Shown: positions 13,416 to 24,605 of the stretch, in pieces
How the letters are laid out: every line of letters starts with the position of its first letter
Numbering within the stretch: position 1 is the stretch's first letter
Source: Takakia lepidozioides
Lineage: Eukaryota > Plantae > Bryophyta
Direction: 5' to 3'
Assembly (NCBI GenBank): GCA_030704615.1
Contig: CM060734.1
Location: forward strand, 43,462,001 to 43,526,000
DNA length: 64,000 nt
Translations under genes and position numbers: made by a program
Notes under the pieces: generated by a model
Told to the model about the DNA's origin: nothing
Seen by the model: only the letters and a program-made list of their open reading frames with translations
The model's database searches: none

Positions 13416-14880
13416 ATGGCCAACCGGCTTCAGCAGCTAGAGCAGAGGCTCGCTGCCATGGCTACAGCTCAGGTGGTACCGGCTCCCAGGCGGGATGGTC
13501 CACCTCCTGCTCCTGAGGGAGGAGATATGGGAGGCATGGGATTCATGTGCGGAGCAGCACTACCACTAGTGCAGGTGGAGTCTGCTGCAGCCGTGACTCG
13601 AGGAGCAGCACGAGTTCCTGAGCCACGAGGTGCAGAGGTGGAATTGGATCCACAGCGTGGGGAGGCAAGCCGTCAGGCGAGGCTTCCTCAGTCATTCACA
13701 TTGGCGGAGACAGTGTCGACGCCATCCATGGCACCTAGTTCTCGCCCGACTGTTACCGAGGCGGAGGTTACTATGCCATTGGGGAGAGCTACACGTGCAG
13801 CACTGACACCTGCTACCAAGGCTAGTGCAGCCGGTGTGTTATTGGGGGCAGCCACCTCTGTGTGTCAAGCCCCACTGTTCTCGGCAACCATGATTGCGAC
13901 GCCGGGGGTAAGACCAGCTGCAGTGTTCAGACTAGCAGCAACACTCTGCGAGAGTGGGGAGGTCACTTCATCTTCTGCGGAGTTACTGGAAGGTGTAGTG
14001 GCAGAGGGATCCTCGGATTTGAGGGTCAAGACTGCCACGGTTGCGCCATGGCAAGCTGCAGCTGCCAGGTTGACGGAGCTGCCAGCTAGGCCAGCCTTTG
14101 AGCGCGCCATGGTGACACCTGGAGTTGTCTTGTTAGACAACCAGGGAGGCATTTTCACTTTGAGTGGACCAGCAGGCAAGAAGTACCGGCCACTGCGGGT
14201 CTTGGACTCAGGAGCTCAGCCACTGATGTTGGGCAGAGCTGCTATTGCAGGTTTGGGCCTCATGGAGGCGGATATGGAGCCTTGTCCTTTCCAGATACAG
14301 ACATCTCTGGGAGGATCAGAGCAGGCTCGGGGCATGACACGGCGTGAGTTGGGCATTGGACTACAACCAGATCATCCATTAGATGGCTCAGTGATGCGAG
14401 CCAAGGCCATTGTGACAGACGCGGTCTCTTACGATGTCCTTGTTGGTGGGGCAGTGTTATATCCCATGGGCTTCACCCTGGACTTTTGGGAGGAGTCAGC
14501 ATCCTACAGGCCTGGATGGCAGTCAGGGGATGGTCGTCGTGCACAGCTCCCTGTGACATTCATTGGGGGTATTGCGGCTGCCCAGCGGGGCAAAATGCCA
14601 ACACTAGCCGCCTTTACAGCTGCAGTTAGTTGGCCTGGAGAGTTGCTGGAAGGCAATGCCCATGCAGAGGATGTGCCACCTCCAGCAGAGCAGGATGACA
14701 TGCATGGTACGGCGGAGTTGCCTGCCATGGTTGCTCACACTAGCAAGGATTTGCAGCAGGCTGCTGATGGACGGGTACAACAAGCCTGGGTAGAGGCCTT
14801 CGTACCGTCAGGAGAAGAGGAGAGTGCGGTGATTGCACCAGGACCACCTCAGTTGTCGCCATTGGACACCACACCTCTTG
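13416..14880 (+). CDS. Pol N-terminal region with aspartic protease
   Basis: VLDSGA (~14198-14215) and downstream YDVLVGG motif. Confidence 0.8.
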
Positions 14881-14889
14881 TGTGGCAGT

Positions 14890-15860
14890 GCCCGGATGAA
14901 GGCATATGCCTTCTGGACTTGTTTGGCGGGATCAGCACTGGATTGGCTGCAGTACTGCAGGCAGGTGTACGAGTTCGACGTTACCTGTATGTGGAGAGGG
15001 ATGAGACTGCACGACGCGTCTCACTGCGCCATGTTGCTCAGTTGGTACAGCAGTACCCTGATTTGTTGCCAGTGTCTGCAGTTCGTGGATACCAACAAGC
15101 CTTGCCAGCAGACATTTCGTTGCTGGGGGCGCAGATTTGGAGCGGGTTGGCTCCATTGATCTGGTAGTGGCAGGTTGGCCCTGCCAAGGGCATTCATCAG
15201 TCGGGCATGGCAATGGATTGCGAGACTCAAGGACGGGTCTGTTTTGGGAGATGGTGCGGATTTTGCGCCACTTGCAGCTTCATCAAGCTGTATCTCCAGC
15301 ATACATCTTGGAGAATGTGCCACTGATGGGTGATTCTCGGGCCAGGGTGATGGCCAGTGTGCATCAAGTCCGGTGTGGCTTGGGTCAGCAGTGTTGCTGG
15401 ATGCAGCTGCAGTGGGGTCATGGGCTCATCGTCCACGGCTATGGTGGACTAACTTGATGCCACCCGCACTGCTCAAGCGTGCATTTGATGGGGTGCAGCG
15501 GCCAGCACACCTCACAGTGGATAGCATTTTGGACACAGGGAGGCAGTCTCAACGTGTGAGACACGATGACCGTTGCCTTTGGCAGTGGTCAACAGGGTGG
15601 GTCAACCACGAGCAGCATTACCTACACTGCTCAGCTTCCCAGGATCCCATGCTTTTCGGGATGGTGGACCTGGCCTCTTGTGGGATAGCCAGTTGCAACA
15701 ATTAGTGGAGCCCAATGCTGACGAGCGCGAGCGGGCGATGGGTTTTACCACAGGTACCACGGCGGTGCCATCTCTTTCTGAGGCATCACGTCGTCAGGTG
15801 TTGGGGCAAGCAATGGATCTCAATTGCTTGACCTGGATTATCAGCTTGGCTATGGCTGAG
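14890..15860 (+). pseudogene. C5 cytosine DNA methyltransferase domain, DNMT3-like (three frameshifts)
   Basis: Motifs in order: I LLDLFGGISTG, II YLYVERD, IV VVAGWPCQGHS, VI YILENV, VIII AHRPRLWWTN, IX ERERAMGF, X RRQVLGQAM. Confidence 0.92.
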
Positions 15861-16277
15861 CAGCGCAGAGTACGGAGTACACTTCCCTTCATGGTCTCCC
15901 TGCCTACCGAGACGGTACAGGCAGCAAGTGGGGGCGAGCAGGTGAGGACCACGAGGTGCAGGCCGCATCCATGGCACACGTGGGAGGTGCTTGAGGTTCA
16001 GAAGGAGTTGGCAGCCAAGGTGGCGGCGATGGATCAGGTTAGGGATTTTTCTCGGATTGAGGAGGTCCTCAAGGATGGGATGATGGGGCAGGATGAGACA
16101 TTGTCATTGACAGAAGAGGCAGTGGTCACTGCTCAAGAGGTTGCAGCATAGCAACCACGGGACGCGTCTTCTACCTCTAAGCCTGCTGGACTCAAGGTTG
16201 CAGTCACGGAGGACAACTAGGAGCCTGATGTTGGACCTATAGTCACCGAAGGAGAGAGACGACGTATACGGCGGTTC

Positions 16278-19200
16278 TTGAGGGCTTACAGGAACTGCTT
16301 TGCCTTCAGTTTGAAGGACTTAGGAGCACTGAAGGGTCAAGAGATTCGCATTGAATTGGCTACTGACACGCCAATCTTTCGGAGACCCTATAGATACAGT
16401 GACATGGAGAGGTCCTTGATTCAGATGAGAACTCAGAACCTTTGGGAGGCTGGTTTGGTGGAGCTATCTGGGGGAGGGTATGCTTCAGCCACAGTGATGC
16501 CAGCCAAGAAGGATGTCTTTGGCAATTGGACGGAGAGACGTATGTGCGGTGATTACCGGCCTGTAAATCGTCAGACCAAGTCCGATAGGTATGCCATGCC
16601 AACACCAGAGGAGATCTTTGATGCCATTGGGCATGCCAAGGTCTTTAGCACGTTGGATTTACGATCCGGATATCACCAGTTGCCGATCAAGGAGGCGGAT
16701 AAGCAAAAGACGGCATTCTGGGGGATCAATGAGCACGGGAAGGATTGCCTATACCAGTGGCGGTTCTTACCATTTGGGCTTAAGAACGCTCCGGCAGAGT
16801 TTCAGAGAGTCATGGACAGGATTCTAGCAGGGGTGGAGTTTGCTCGGTGCTACATAGATGACATCATCATCTTTAGTGCTACGGTGGAAGAGCATGAGAG
16901 ACACCTTCAGGGGGTATTTGAGCGCTTGAGGGCGCACGGATTGAAGTTACATCCGGGAAAGTGCAAGTTTTTCCACAACCAGATTGAGTATCTGGGTCAC
17001 ATGATATATCCTGGAGGATTGGGGGTACAACAGACTAAGGTAGAGTCCATTGCACAGGTTCCACGCCCCACGGATGTGAGCCGAGTTCGAGCTTTCATGG
17101 GGTTAGCAAACTATTATAGACGGTTTGTTAAGGGATTTAGTGCCATTGCAAAGGCTCTAACCAAGCTGACCAAGGTGGACCAGGAGTGGCAGTGGGAAGA
17201 TGAGCAAGAACAAGCTTTTCAAGAGCTCAAGGCGAGGTTGACCTCGGCGGCCATCTTGAGACGACCTATCAGGGGGCGTCCTTTTCAGCTGCATACAGAT
17301 TGGAGCATGCTAGGGCTTGGAGCGGTGCTCACACAGATGGATGATGAGGGAAGAGAGTTCGTAGTGGCTTATGCTAGCCGCTCGAACAACGTTGCAGAGT
17401 CTAAGTATAGCTCATATGAGGGAGAATGCTTAGCTGCAGTGTGGGCCGTGGCACACTTCAGGTGCTATCTATACGGCAATCTCTTCACCCTTGTCATGGA
17501 TCACCAACCACTCAAGTGGTTGATGGAGTCAGACAAGCTTACGGGGAAGCTTGCATGGTGGGCACTCGTCCTTCAAGAGTATGACTTTTAGGTGGTGCAT
17601 CGACCGGGTTTGGTCAATCGCAATGCAGATGGGTTGAGTCGCAATCCATGCACGAGCCAGCAGGATGACACTGGAGCTCGGTGGCATGGTGAGACGGACG
17701 AGGAGATGGTGCTCGGATGGCATGCATCTGCATTTCTGTGTATCTTGGCAGCGGAAGGCCAGGTTGGACCTGCAACAGGGATGACTGTAGATCAAGTGTC
17801 TGAGGACCCTGAGGCTAGCAATGAGCAAGGTGGCGCCAAAGATATACATGAGGATTCAGTTGTGTTGGACTACCTCCGCACTGGAGACACTGCAGCCACT
17901 GTGACTGCCAAGGAGAGGGATCGGATCCTACAACGAGCCAAGAGGTTCAAGTGGGAGGGGACACACCTGCTCCGAGTGTGGGAGGGTGGTCGAGTGAGGA
18001 TTGTGCCTCACCCAACACAGCGGGCACGGTTAGTGCGGCATGCCCATGAGGAGTTGGAACATTTTGGGGCGCGACGCACTCATAGTCTACTGTAGGGGCA
18101 GTATTGGTGGCGTGGTATGCACACAGAGGTGCAACAATTTGTGGCTAGGTGCATGGTGTGTGACAGGGTGCGTGCTTTATTCAACGCCCCTACTCCACAA
18201 TTGCACCCTCTTCCGATCATGGGATTGGGCTACAGGTGGAGTCTTGACTTCGCAGGGCCGTTGCCACTGACCATGCGCCACAACAAGTACGTGTTGGTGA
18301 TGGTGGAGCACTTCTCCAAGTGGATTGAACTGGTTCATTCCTGATAAGGCTAGTGAGGGAGCTGCGTATGCATTCTTGGATTGTGTGCTTAGCCGATTCG
18401 GTGCTCCAGCTGAGGTACTCACGGACCAAGGGAGAGAGTTCTTGGGGGAGTTTCAGGCTTTGTGTGACAAGGCCTTGATAGACCACCGCACCACTTCTCG
18501 GGATCATCCTGAGGCCGATGGCTTGGCAGAGAGAGTTGTTCAGACAGTAAAGAGGGGTTTGCGCAAGTATGGCTTGCAGAAGAGACACCTAGGAGATTGG
18601 GACCTTCACTTACGGTTAGCCATGGGTTACAGGTTCAGCAAGCAAGCATCACTTGCCTCCTTCTCACCATACTTTATTCTCTTTGGCCGAGAGCCGGATT
18701 TGCCTACATCCATTCGCAGAGAAGCTGCTACAGTTCTTAACCTTGACGATCCGGACGTGTGGGCACGTGCATGTAAGCAGCGTGCAGAGTTGTTCAAGAA
18801 AGTCATGCCCATGGCTTTCGAGAACCTTGCCATTGCACAACATCGTGATATGTTGAGGTATGCTACCATACGTGGTGGGGGCTATCATCTTGGGGTTCGG
18901 AGATTCAACCCTGGTGACTATGTTTATCTGCAGCAAACTGCTCTTACGACCTTGGATGTGACTGCAAGACGTACTATTTTGAGGGTTCGAGAGGTGTTGC
19001 CCTCAGGAGTCCTAATCTTGGAGGGTCGGGATGGCATGATTTGGAAGGACCATGTGCGTAATTGCGCGCCATGTCACCTTCCAAATGTTGATGGAAGGGT
19101 TGACCCAAACCTGGCAGTGGTACCTGCAAGTTTGAGGTGCATGTTGTGTGGGTCTGTTAGAGGGGCAGCCACCATGCTGGTGTGTGATCAATGCTCTAGA

Positions 19201-19281
19201 GGTTGGCATATGGGATGCTTGACTCCACCTCTTGAGATGGTTCCTGATGGGGATTGGTTATGTCCGCATTGCATTGGATAG
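16278..19281 (+). pseudogene. Gypsy RT, RNase H, DDE integrase and C-terminal PHD finger
   Basis: [32 protein letters not shown]; LHTDWS; integrase SLDFAGP / LTDQGREF / GLAER; C4HC3 finger CMLC..CDQC..WH..C..WLCPHC (19138-19275). Confidence 0.95.
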
Positions 19282-20137
19282 TGGGAGTGGATACAACCAT
19301 GGAAGGCTAACAAGGAATGCAAGGCCAAGCTACTAGGAGACCAACACACGAGATCCTGACTCAAGTTCACAGATTGCAAGACGGCAACTAACGATGGGGT
19401 TGCTCTTGTACCCGACCTCTTGGTCTATAGAGTTTGAGTACAATAGGGACAGTGATAGAGGACTTAGTACGGCTGTGGCTATTACATCTTGTAGCTATCT
19501 GGAGTTAGAGGGACCTCACCACCAGCTAGGGGGGCGATTGTGGTATAGCTTTCTAGGATTGTGTGCTTAGATAGTGTGGTGGACAGCGATGTATATTGTG
19601 GCACGATGCTTAGGTGCACGACAGCTGTCATGGTTTTAGTCATGGTTATCTAGAATACCTACTTCTAGTTAACTAGGACATTTTAGATATTTATATTTAT
19701 ATTTATATTTTGTGTGTTGGGACTTCATTTGGTCTCACATGCCAAGTGAGGTGTCGAGCCTCACTTGAGACATGGAGATAGGTTTTCCCCTTATGAGTGT
19801 TGAGGAGGCTCATCTTCTTGTAGTTGAGCCTCCATGAGCTTCTCTCACCTCCATAGCTCTAGGTATTGAGAGGGAGTGTGTTGAGGGCTTTGTAGGGTGG
19901 ATTCCTTTAGCAAAGGTGCCCTTGGCTTGACTTAGTTTATGTGATAGAGTGGATTTCACTTGGAAGGACTAGGGCTTGTTCTTCATGTGATTGCTTCATG
20001 CTTTGAGAGCTTTCATTGTCTTCTACTTCTCTCATTTCTCATCTCTTATCATTGTGGTATAGCTTTCTAGGATTGTGTGCTTAGATTGTGTGGTGGACAG
20101 CGATGTATGTTGTGGCACGATGCTTAGGTGCACGACA

Positions 20138-21868
20138 ACTCGCTTCCATGTCTGTGTTTCCACCAGAGACTTATAGATCTTGAACTTGTCTAAAGCTTCA
20201 CTTTTATTCTTTAGAAAATAAACTAGTGTTCTTCTAGACAAATCATCTATGAACGTCATAAAGTATTTTGCTCCTCCAATTGATATTGTTTGCATGGGGC
20301 CGCAAACGTCAGAATGTACCAACTCCAACAACTCCACGGCACGACTTCCTCTTCCTTTAGGAAATAAATGCCTATGTTGTTTGCCAAATATGCACTCTTC
20401 GCAAAAAAAGGTTCCAACTGAGCAATCAATATTGAAATCTTGAACCATGTTCTTAGAATGCATTAGACGTAGAGTTTTAATACTGAGATGGGCCAGCCTA
20501 CGATGCCAAAGATCAACTCTTCTGTCTTTGACGATTTAGGCACTTTCAGACGCTTTATCTTGAGGTAAGACTGAAGAAGCACACAACTTACACAAGCTAC
20601 CTTCTCTCACCCCCTTCGCCACCACATCTCCATATGTTGTCTTCAAAAGACAATAATTAGCATGAAACTCAAGTTGTAATCCAGAGTCAGTAACTTTACT
20701 CACTGACAGTAAATTCTTGGTCAACCCTGGAACAAATAACACATCATCTATATACTTCTTTCTTCCTTCTTGCATAAAGCAAACTTGGCCTTGACCCTCA
20801 ATTATGTGACTACTGTCGTCTCCCAAGTAAACCTTCCGAACAAGATCCCATTGTTTGTACTTTACAAACAGATCTTTGTTAGAGGTCATATGTTGAGAAG
20901 CCCCCGAGTCAATATACCAGTCATCAAGATCCTTTGAGAAAGAAGTAGAGAGAGTTGTAACAAATAGTTTCTCACAATCAATACTATCAGCATCCTCCAC
21001 TGAGTGAGCTTGGGTCTTTCCATCTCCCTTCTTCATCTGCCCGTCTGCCATTCTCTTCCTACATTGCTTCGCCATGTGACCGACTTTCTTGCAATAAAAG
21101 CATTTACCCTTAAATTCTTTTTTCGTAGGTGTAAGAGAACTACTTGACAAACTATTTGACGACCCTTTTGTTGGTGTACTACTAAGACTCATATTGTTAT
21201 TTTTATTTGTTTCTGAGGCTCATTTCTTTTTATTAAGACCTGATTTCCTTCCAACAAATAAAGCAACATTCTCAGTTGTCCCAACCCCGAAATCGCTTCG
21301 CCTCATCTCTTCTTGTAGTAGCATTCTAGTTACCCTTTCTATAGTCAACGCTTGCTGACTACTAAGAGAAATGACTAGGCTATCAAAAGATTCTGCCTAA
21401 TAAGGTGACTACCTGATCGTCTGCAGACACAGAAGACCCTACCCCTGCCAATTGATCGATTAATGATCTAAAGTTACTAACATGCTCTGCTACAGATTCT
21501 GATTCAGACATTTTTAAATGGAGCAGTCGTCTTCTTAAATAAAGCTTAGAAGTGACATCTTTTGTTTCAAATACTGTCACTAAATGATCCCACGTTGCCT
21601 TAGATGTTGTAGCCTGACTGACATGCAAAAGCTGAGAGTCTTTTAAGTTTAATAGGATTGATGCAAGTGCTTTTCCATCTCTCTTCTCCCACTCTTTCAC
21701 AGCATTTTGATCTGTAGCAGCAGGCTTCGCTTCAATCCTGTCTACTATGGACCAAAGATCTCTATCTAATAATAGCATTCGGATCTTAAGCTTCCAAATA
21801 TGGAAGTTTTCTCCGTCAAACGTATCTATTAAATGGAGTTTTCCCGAGTTCCTGACTACTCCAGCCAT
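20138..21868 (-). pseudogene. Copia gag, zinc knuckle, protease and integrase N-terminus
   Basis: FDGENFHIWK gag start, CFYCKKVGHMAKQC, WYIDSGASQHM, CEECIFGKQHR, LVHSDVCGP. The frame rejoins at 9073 (KRV|KKLRFD) once the nested Gypsy is removed. Confidence 0.95.
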
Positions 21869-23539
21869 GCTTACGAATTGATCTAGTTCTCTCTTAGAAA
21901 CGACACTGGCTTTCCGCCTTGCTCTCTAAGTGGCTCTGATACCATGTCACAGTTCCTAAAATCCCATAGACTTGACAAGCAAGACAATGACAACAGGAGA
22001 GAGATAGAACGTTTTCACAGAGCATAACATAAGTCAAGGGCTTCCATGGGAGGGACGACTACATGATGACTGGCGCGAAATTCACGCAAGCATTAGCTAG
22101 TCAGCAAGCACATATATATATATATGGCTAGTAATTCGTTGAGCTTTACATAGTGTTGATTGCAAAAAAGGATCTGCCTTGGAAGCTGTACGGTATAACA
22201 GCCAAGTAGAAGAACTCTAGTCTACGTCAGAGGCTTGACTTGTGATATGGAAAATTAGCTGCAGTACCTCTTCTGTGGTCAATAAGTTGCAGACATCCGA
22301 ACTCTGCTTCCCAAACGCCAAGAACCCAATGATGTGCAGGCCCGCATCGTGTACTTTGGAGGTCAAATTTGTGATCGCCCCCTTCTTGACGTCTTCCATG
22401 CAGGACTGCACAAGCATGTTAACCACTGCCTTTCGAATTGGTCGTCCTGCTACCACCCTGTGTTGACGACAAAAGTTGTGAACGATATAGCGTCCTCATG
22501 CGCCGAGCAAAAGGACCCATAGGGGCGAATGAAGCACTCGAGCCATTTGTTGACAGAAAGTTTGCCATGACCATATTTGTAGGTCTAGAAATAAACACTT
22601 CATCTTGAGTCTTGAGCACTTCCGCAGCCATCTCAGCATTGGATATGAGATGATCCATCCACAGAAAACACAAAGGCTCGTACGTTTCTGCCAACTTTGC
22701 AAATGCTTGATGAGGTAGATCATTTGGGAAGGAGAGTAGGGAGCCGATTATGGGCCATGGCCGAGGTCCCGGAGGAAGACACAAGCTCTTTCCAATCGTC
22801 AGCTGAAAGAGTATTGTTAATCCAGTCAGCACTACAGGAACCCACATCCGTTGCAGCACTAGCACGAGCTCCAAGGCCACCAAGCTACCTACAATTTGCC
22901 ACCTTTCCAGCCGCAGACTTCCCATCCACCTCAACGCCCACTCTCTCACACCAGGTCTTTCATTACCAGGACATATTTAATGCTCTCCACCTCCATGAGA
23001 CGGAGGAGGATAGAGGTGAGAAAGACAATCTTGCAAAGAGAAGAAGAAGATGCTTGACATAGAAAACTAGCATATAAGTCAAATCCTACGTCTGCTTTTG
23101 TGATACATACTACATACATCACACCATGTGCCATCCATGATGTATGCATATTATGTCAAAGAAAAAGAAAATGGAGTCCTCATGAAGCATAACTTATTGT
23201 AAGGTCTCATGTCTCATCCTTATGGAATAGTGCCTTCCATTGGAAAGTGGACACTTGGAACCCTAATATTGCCATTTGGACTCATTTCTCATCCTTAAGG
23301 AATATTGCCTTCCATTGAAAAGTGGAAATATTACCTTCAATTGGAAAATGGACATTTGGAATGCTAGATCACCTCATATAATGCATAACTTAGTCTCATG
23401 TCTCATCCTTAAAGGAATACTGGGGTACCCTGTGTCGTTGGCCCAAACAAGGATGACACTGATATAGTAAGAGTTGGATCTCCTACAGGCACCAAAGTGA
23501 CAGTTCAAATACCTCATGAAGGAAACCCAGCATCATCTA

Positions 23540-24015
23540 AGTCCAAGTGTAAGATCTTCTATGTATCCCCTATGTTGAGGCCCAAGTGCAACCTCTAGGG
23601 TAGCATGTGCCTTTGGGCCATGTATAAGAGTTCAAATCTAAGACCAGTGCAATTTCCTGTGTATCCCAATCTGTCTCCTATGTCGAGGCCCATGTGCGGT
23701 AGCCTATGCCGTTGGCCCATGTGTGAAGAATTGAAATCTAAGTCCTGGGCAATTTCCTACGTATCCAAGTGCGTCTCCTATGTCGAGGCCCAAGTGCGAC
23801 CTCTAGTGTAGGCTTATGCCGTTGGCCCATGTGTGAAGAAATGAAATCTAAGTCCACGTGCAATTTCCTATGTATCCAAGTGCGTCTCCTATGTCGAGGC
23901 CCAAGTGCAATATTCTATTTATGTATTCAAGTGCATCTCCCATGTAGAGGCCCAAGTGTCCAGTGTCATGTAACTTGCCGAAGTGCAATCTCCTATGTAT
24001 CCAAGTACGTCTAAT
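23540..24015. repeat. Degenerate tandem repeat (TATCCAAGTGCGTCTCCTATGTCGAGGCCCAAGTG core)
   Basis: Core recurs at ~23560, 23660, 23760, 23872, 23920, 23995. Confidence 0.8.
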
Positions 24016-24310
24016 CATTTATTTTTCCACAGGGCCTACGACCAGATTTGAACTGGAGACCTTTCCCTTGATATCTCTCCCCTCGAGGCTCCAACAATTG
24101 TCCCAGGGATGCCCACTTTGCCATTTTTGCTATTTTTTGTGAATTTCCAGCGACCAAAAGGACTTGAAATTCCAAATCTCCCACGTGGAAGGGCCAATCA
24201 TTGCTCCAGGAAAGTCCACTTTGCTATTTTTCTCGAATTTCCAACGACCAGAAGTACTCAGAATTCCATATCTCCCACACCGCGGGTCCAAAAATCATGA
24301 GACAAAGCTG

Positions 24311-24605
24311 GTGCACCCCTCCTCATCGAGGGCTTTCCAACGGCACCAAGCACTGGGGCTGGAGCCCCGCAGTTTGGGAGATCTCAACGACGCTACAAAC
24401 AAAAAAACAAAACAAAACAAACGTCTCGCTTCATACATTGATAGGGTAGCCTGTGTTGTTGGCCCAAGTTTCCAGTGTCATCCAAGTCCAAGTGCAATCC
24501 CCTATGTATCCAAGTGTGTCTCAATGCACCCCTCCTCATCGAGGGCTTTCCAACAGTACCAAGCACCAGCGTTGGGGCCCCTCGGTTTGGGACATCTCAA
24601 CGTGA
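24311..24605 (+). repeat. Two copies of a short interspersed repeat (GCACCCCTCCTCATCGAGGGCTTTCCAAC...ATCTCAACG)
   Basis: Copies at ~24313-24420 (with a CAAAA-type tail) and ~24527-24605; the second is cut by the retroelement starting at 24606. Confidence 0.7.

Larger units (their letters stand above)
9074..20137 (+). mobile_element. Ty3/Gypsy-type retrotransposon with DNMT3-like methyltransferase, PHD finger and split direct repeats (copy 1)
   Basis: Termini TGTCATG...CACGACA; 4-bp TSD ACTC (9070-9073, 20138-20141); repeats A1 9074-9490, B1 19538-19623, A2 19626-20051, B2 20052-20137; G-rich PPT-like tract ~19528-19536; gag-PR-DNMT-RT-RH-INT-PHD. Confidence 0.93.
6503..22031 (-). mobile_element. 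Ty1/Copia LTR retrotransposon (degenerate), inserted in a P450 intron
   Basis: 3' LTR 6503-6725 (TG...CA) with PPT at 6726-6734; partly deleted 5' LTR 21945-22031; tRNA-Met PBS (TGGTATCAGAGCCA, minus, 21931-21944); TSD AGTCA at 6498-6502 and 22032-22036; domain order gag-PR-INT-RT-RH. Confidence 0.95.
4846..22847 (-). pseudogene. Cytochrome P450 (CYP71-clan-like) pseudogene split by a nested retrotransposon
   Basis: N-terminal anchor plus LPPGPRPWPIIG (~22850-22740); exon 6411-6150; K-helix KETLRLHPP (5679-5512); intron 5511-5231 (GT..AG); FNPDRF and heme motif PFSSGRRGCAG (~5080-5040); stop at 4846-4848. Frameshifts near 22460 and 5020, an in-frame stop at 22217, and an inverted I-helix exon. 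Confidence 0.9.

Noticed and set aside
9074-20137. DIRS/Ngaro tyrosine-recombinase element
   Set aside because: Despite the split repeats it has a protease, a DDE integrase and a 4-bp TSD, and no recombinase motif was seen.
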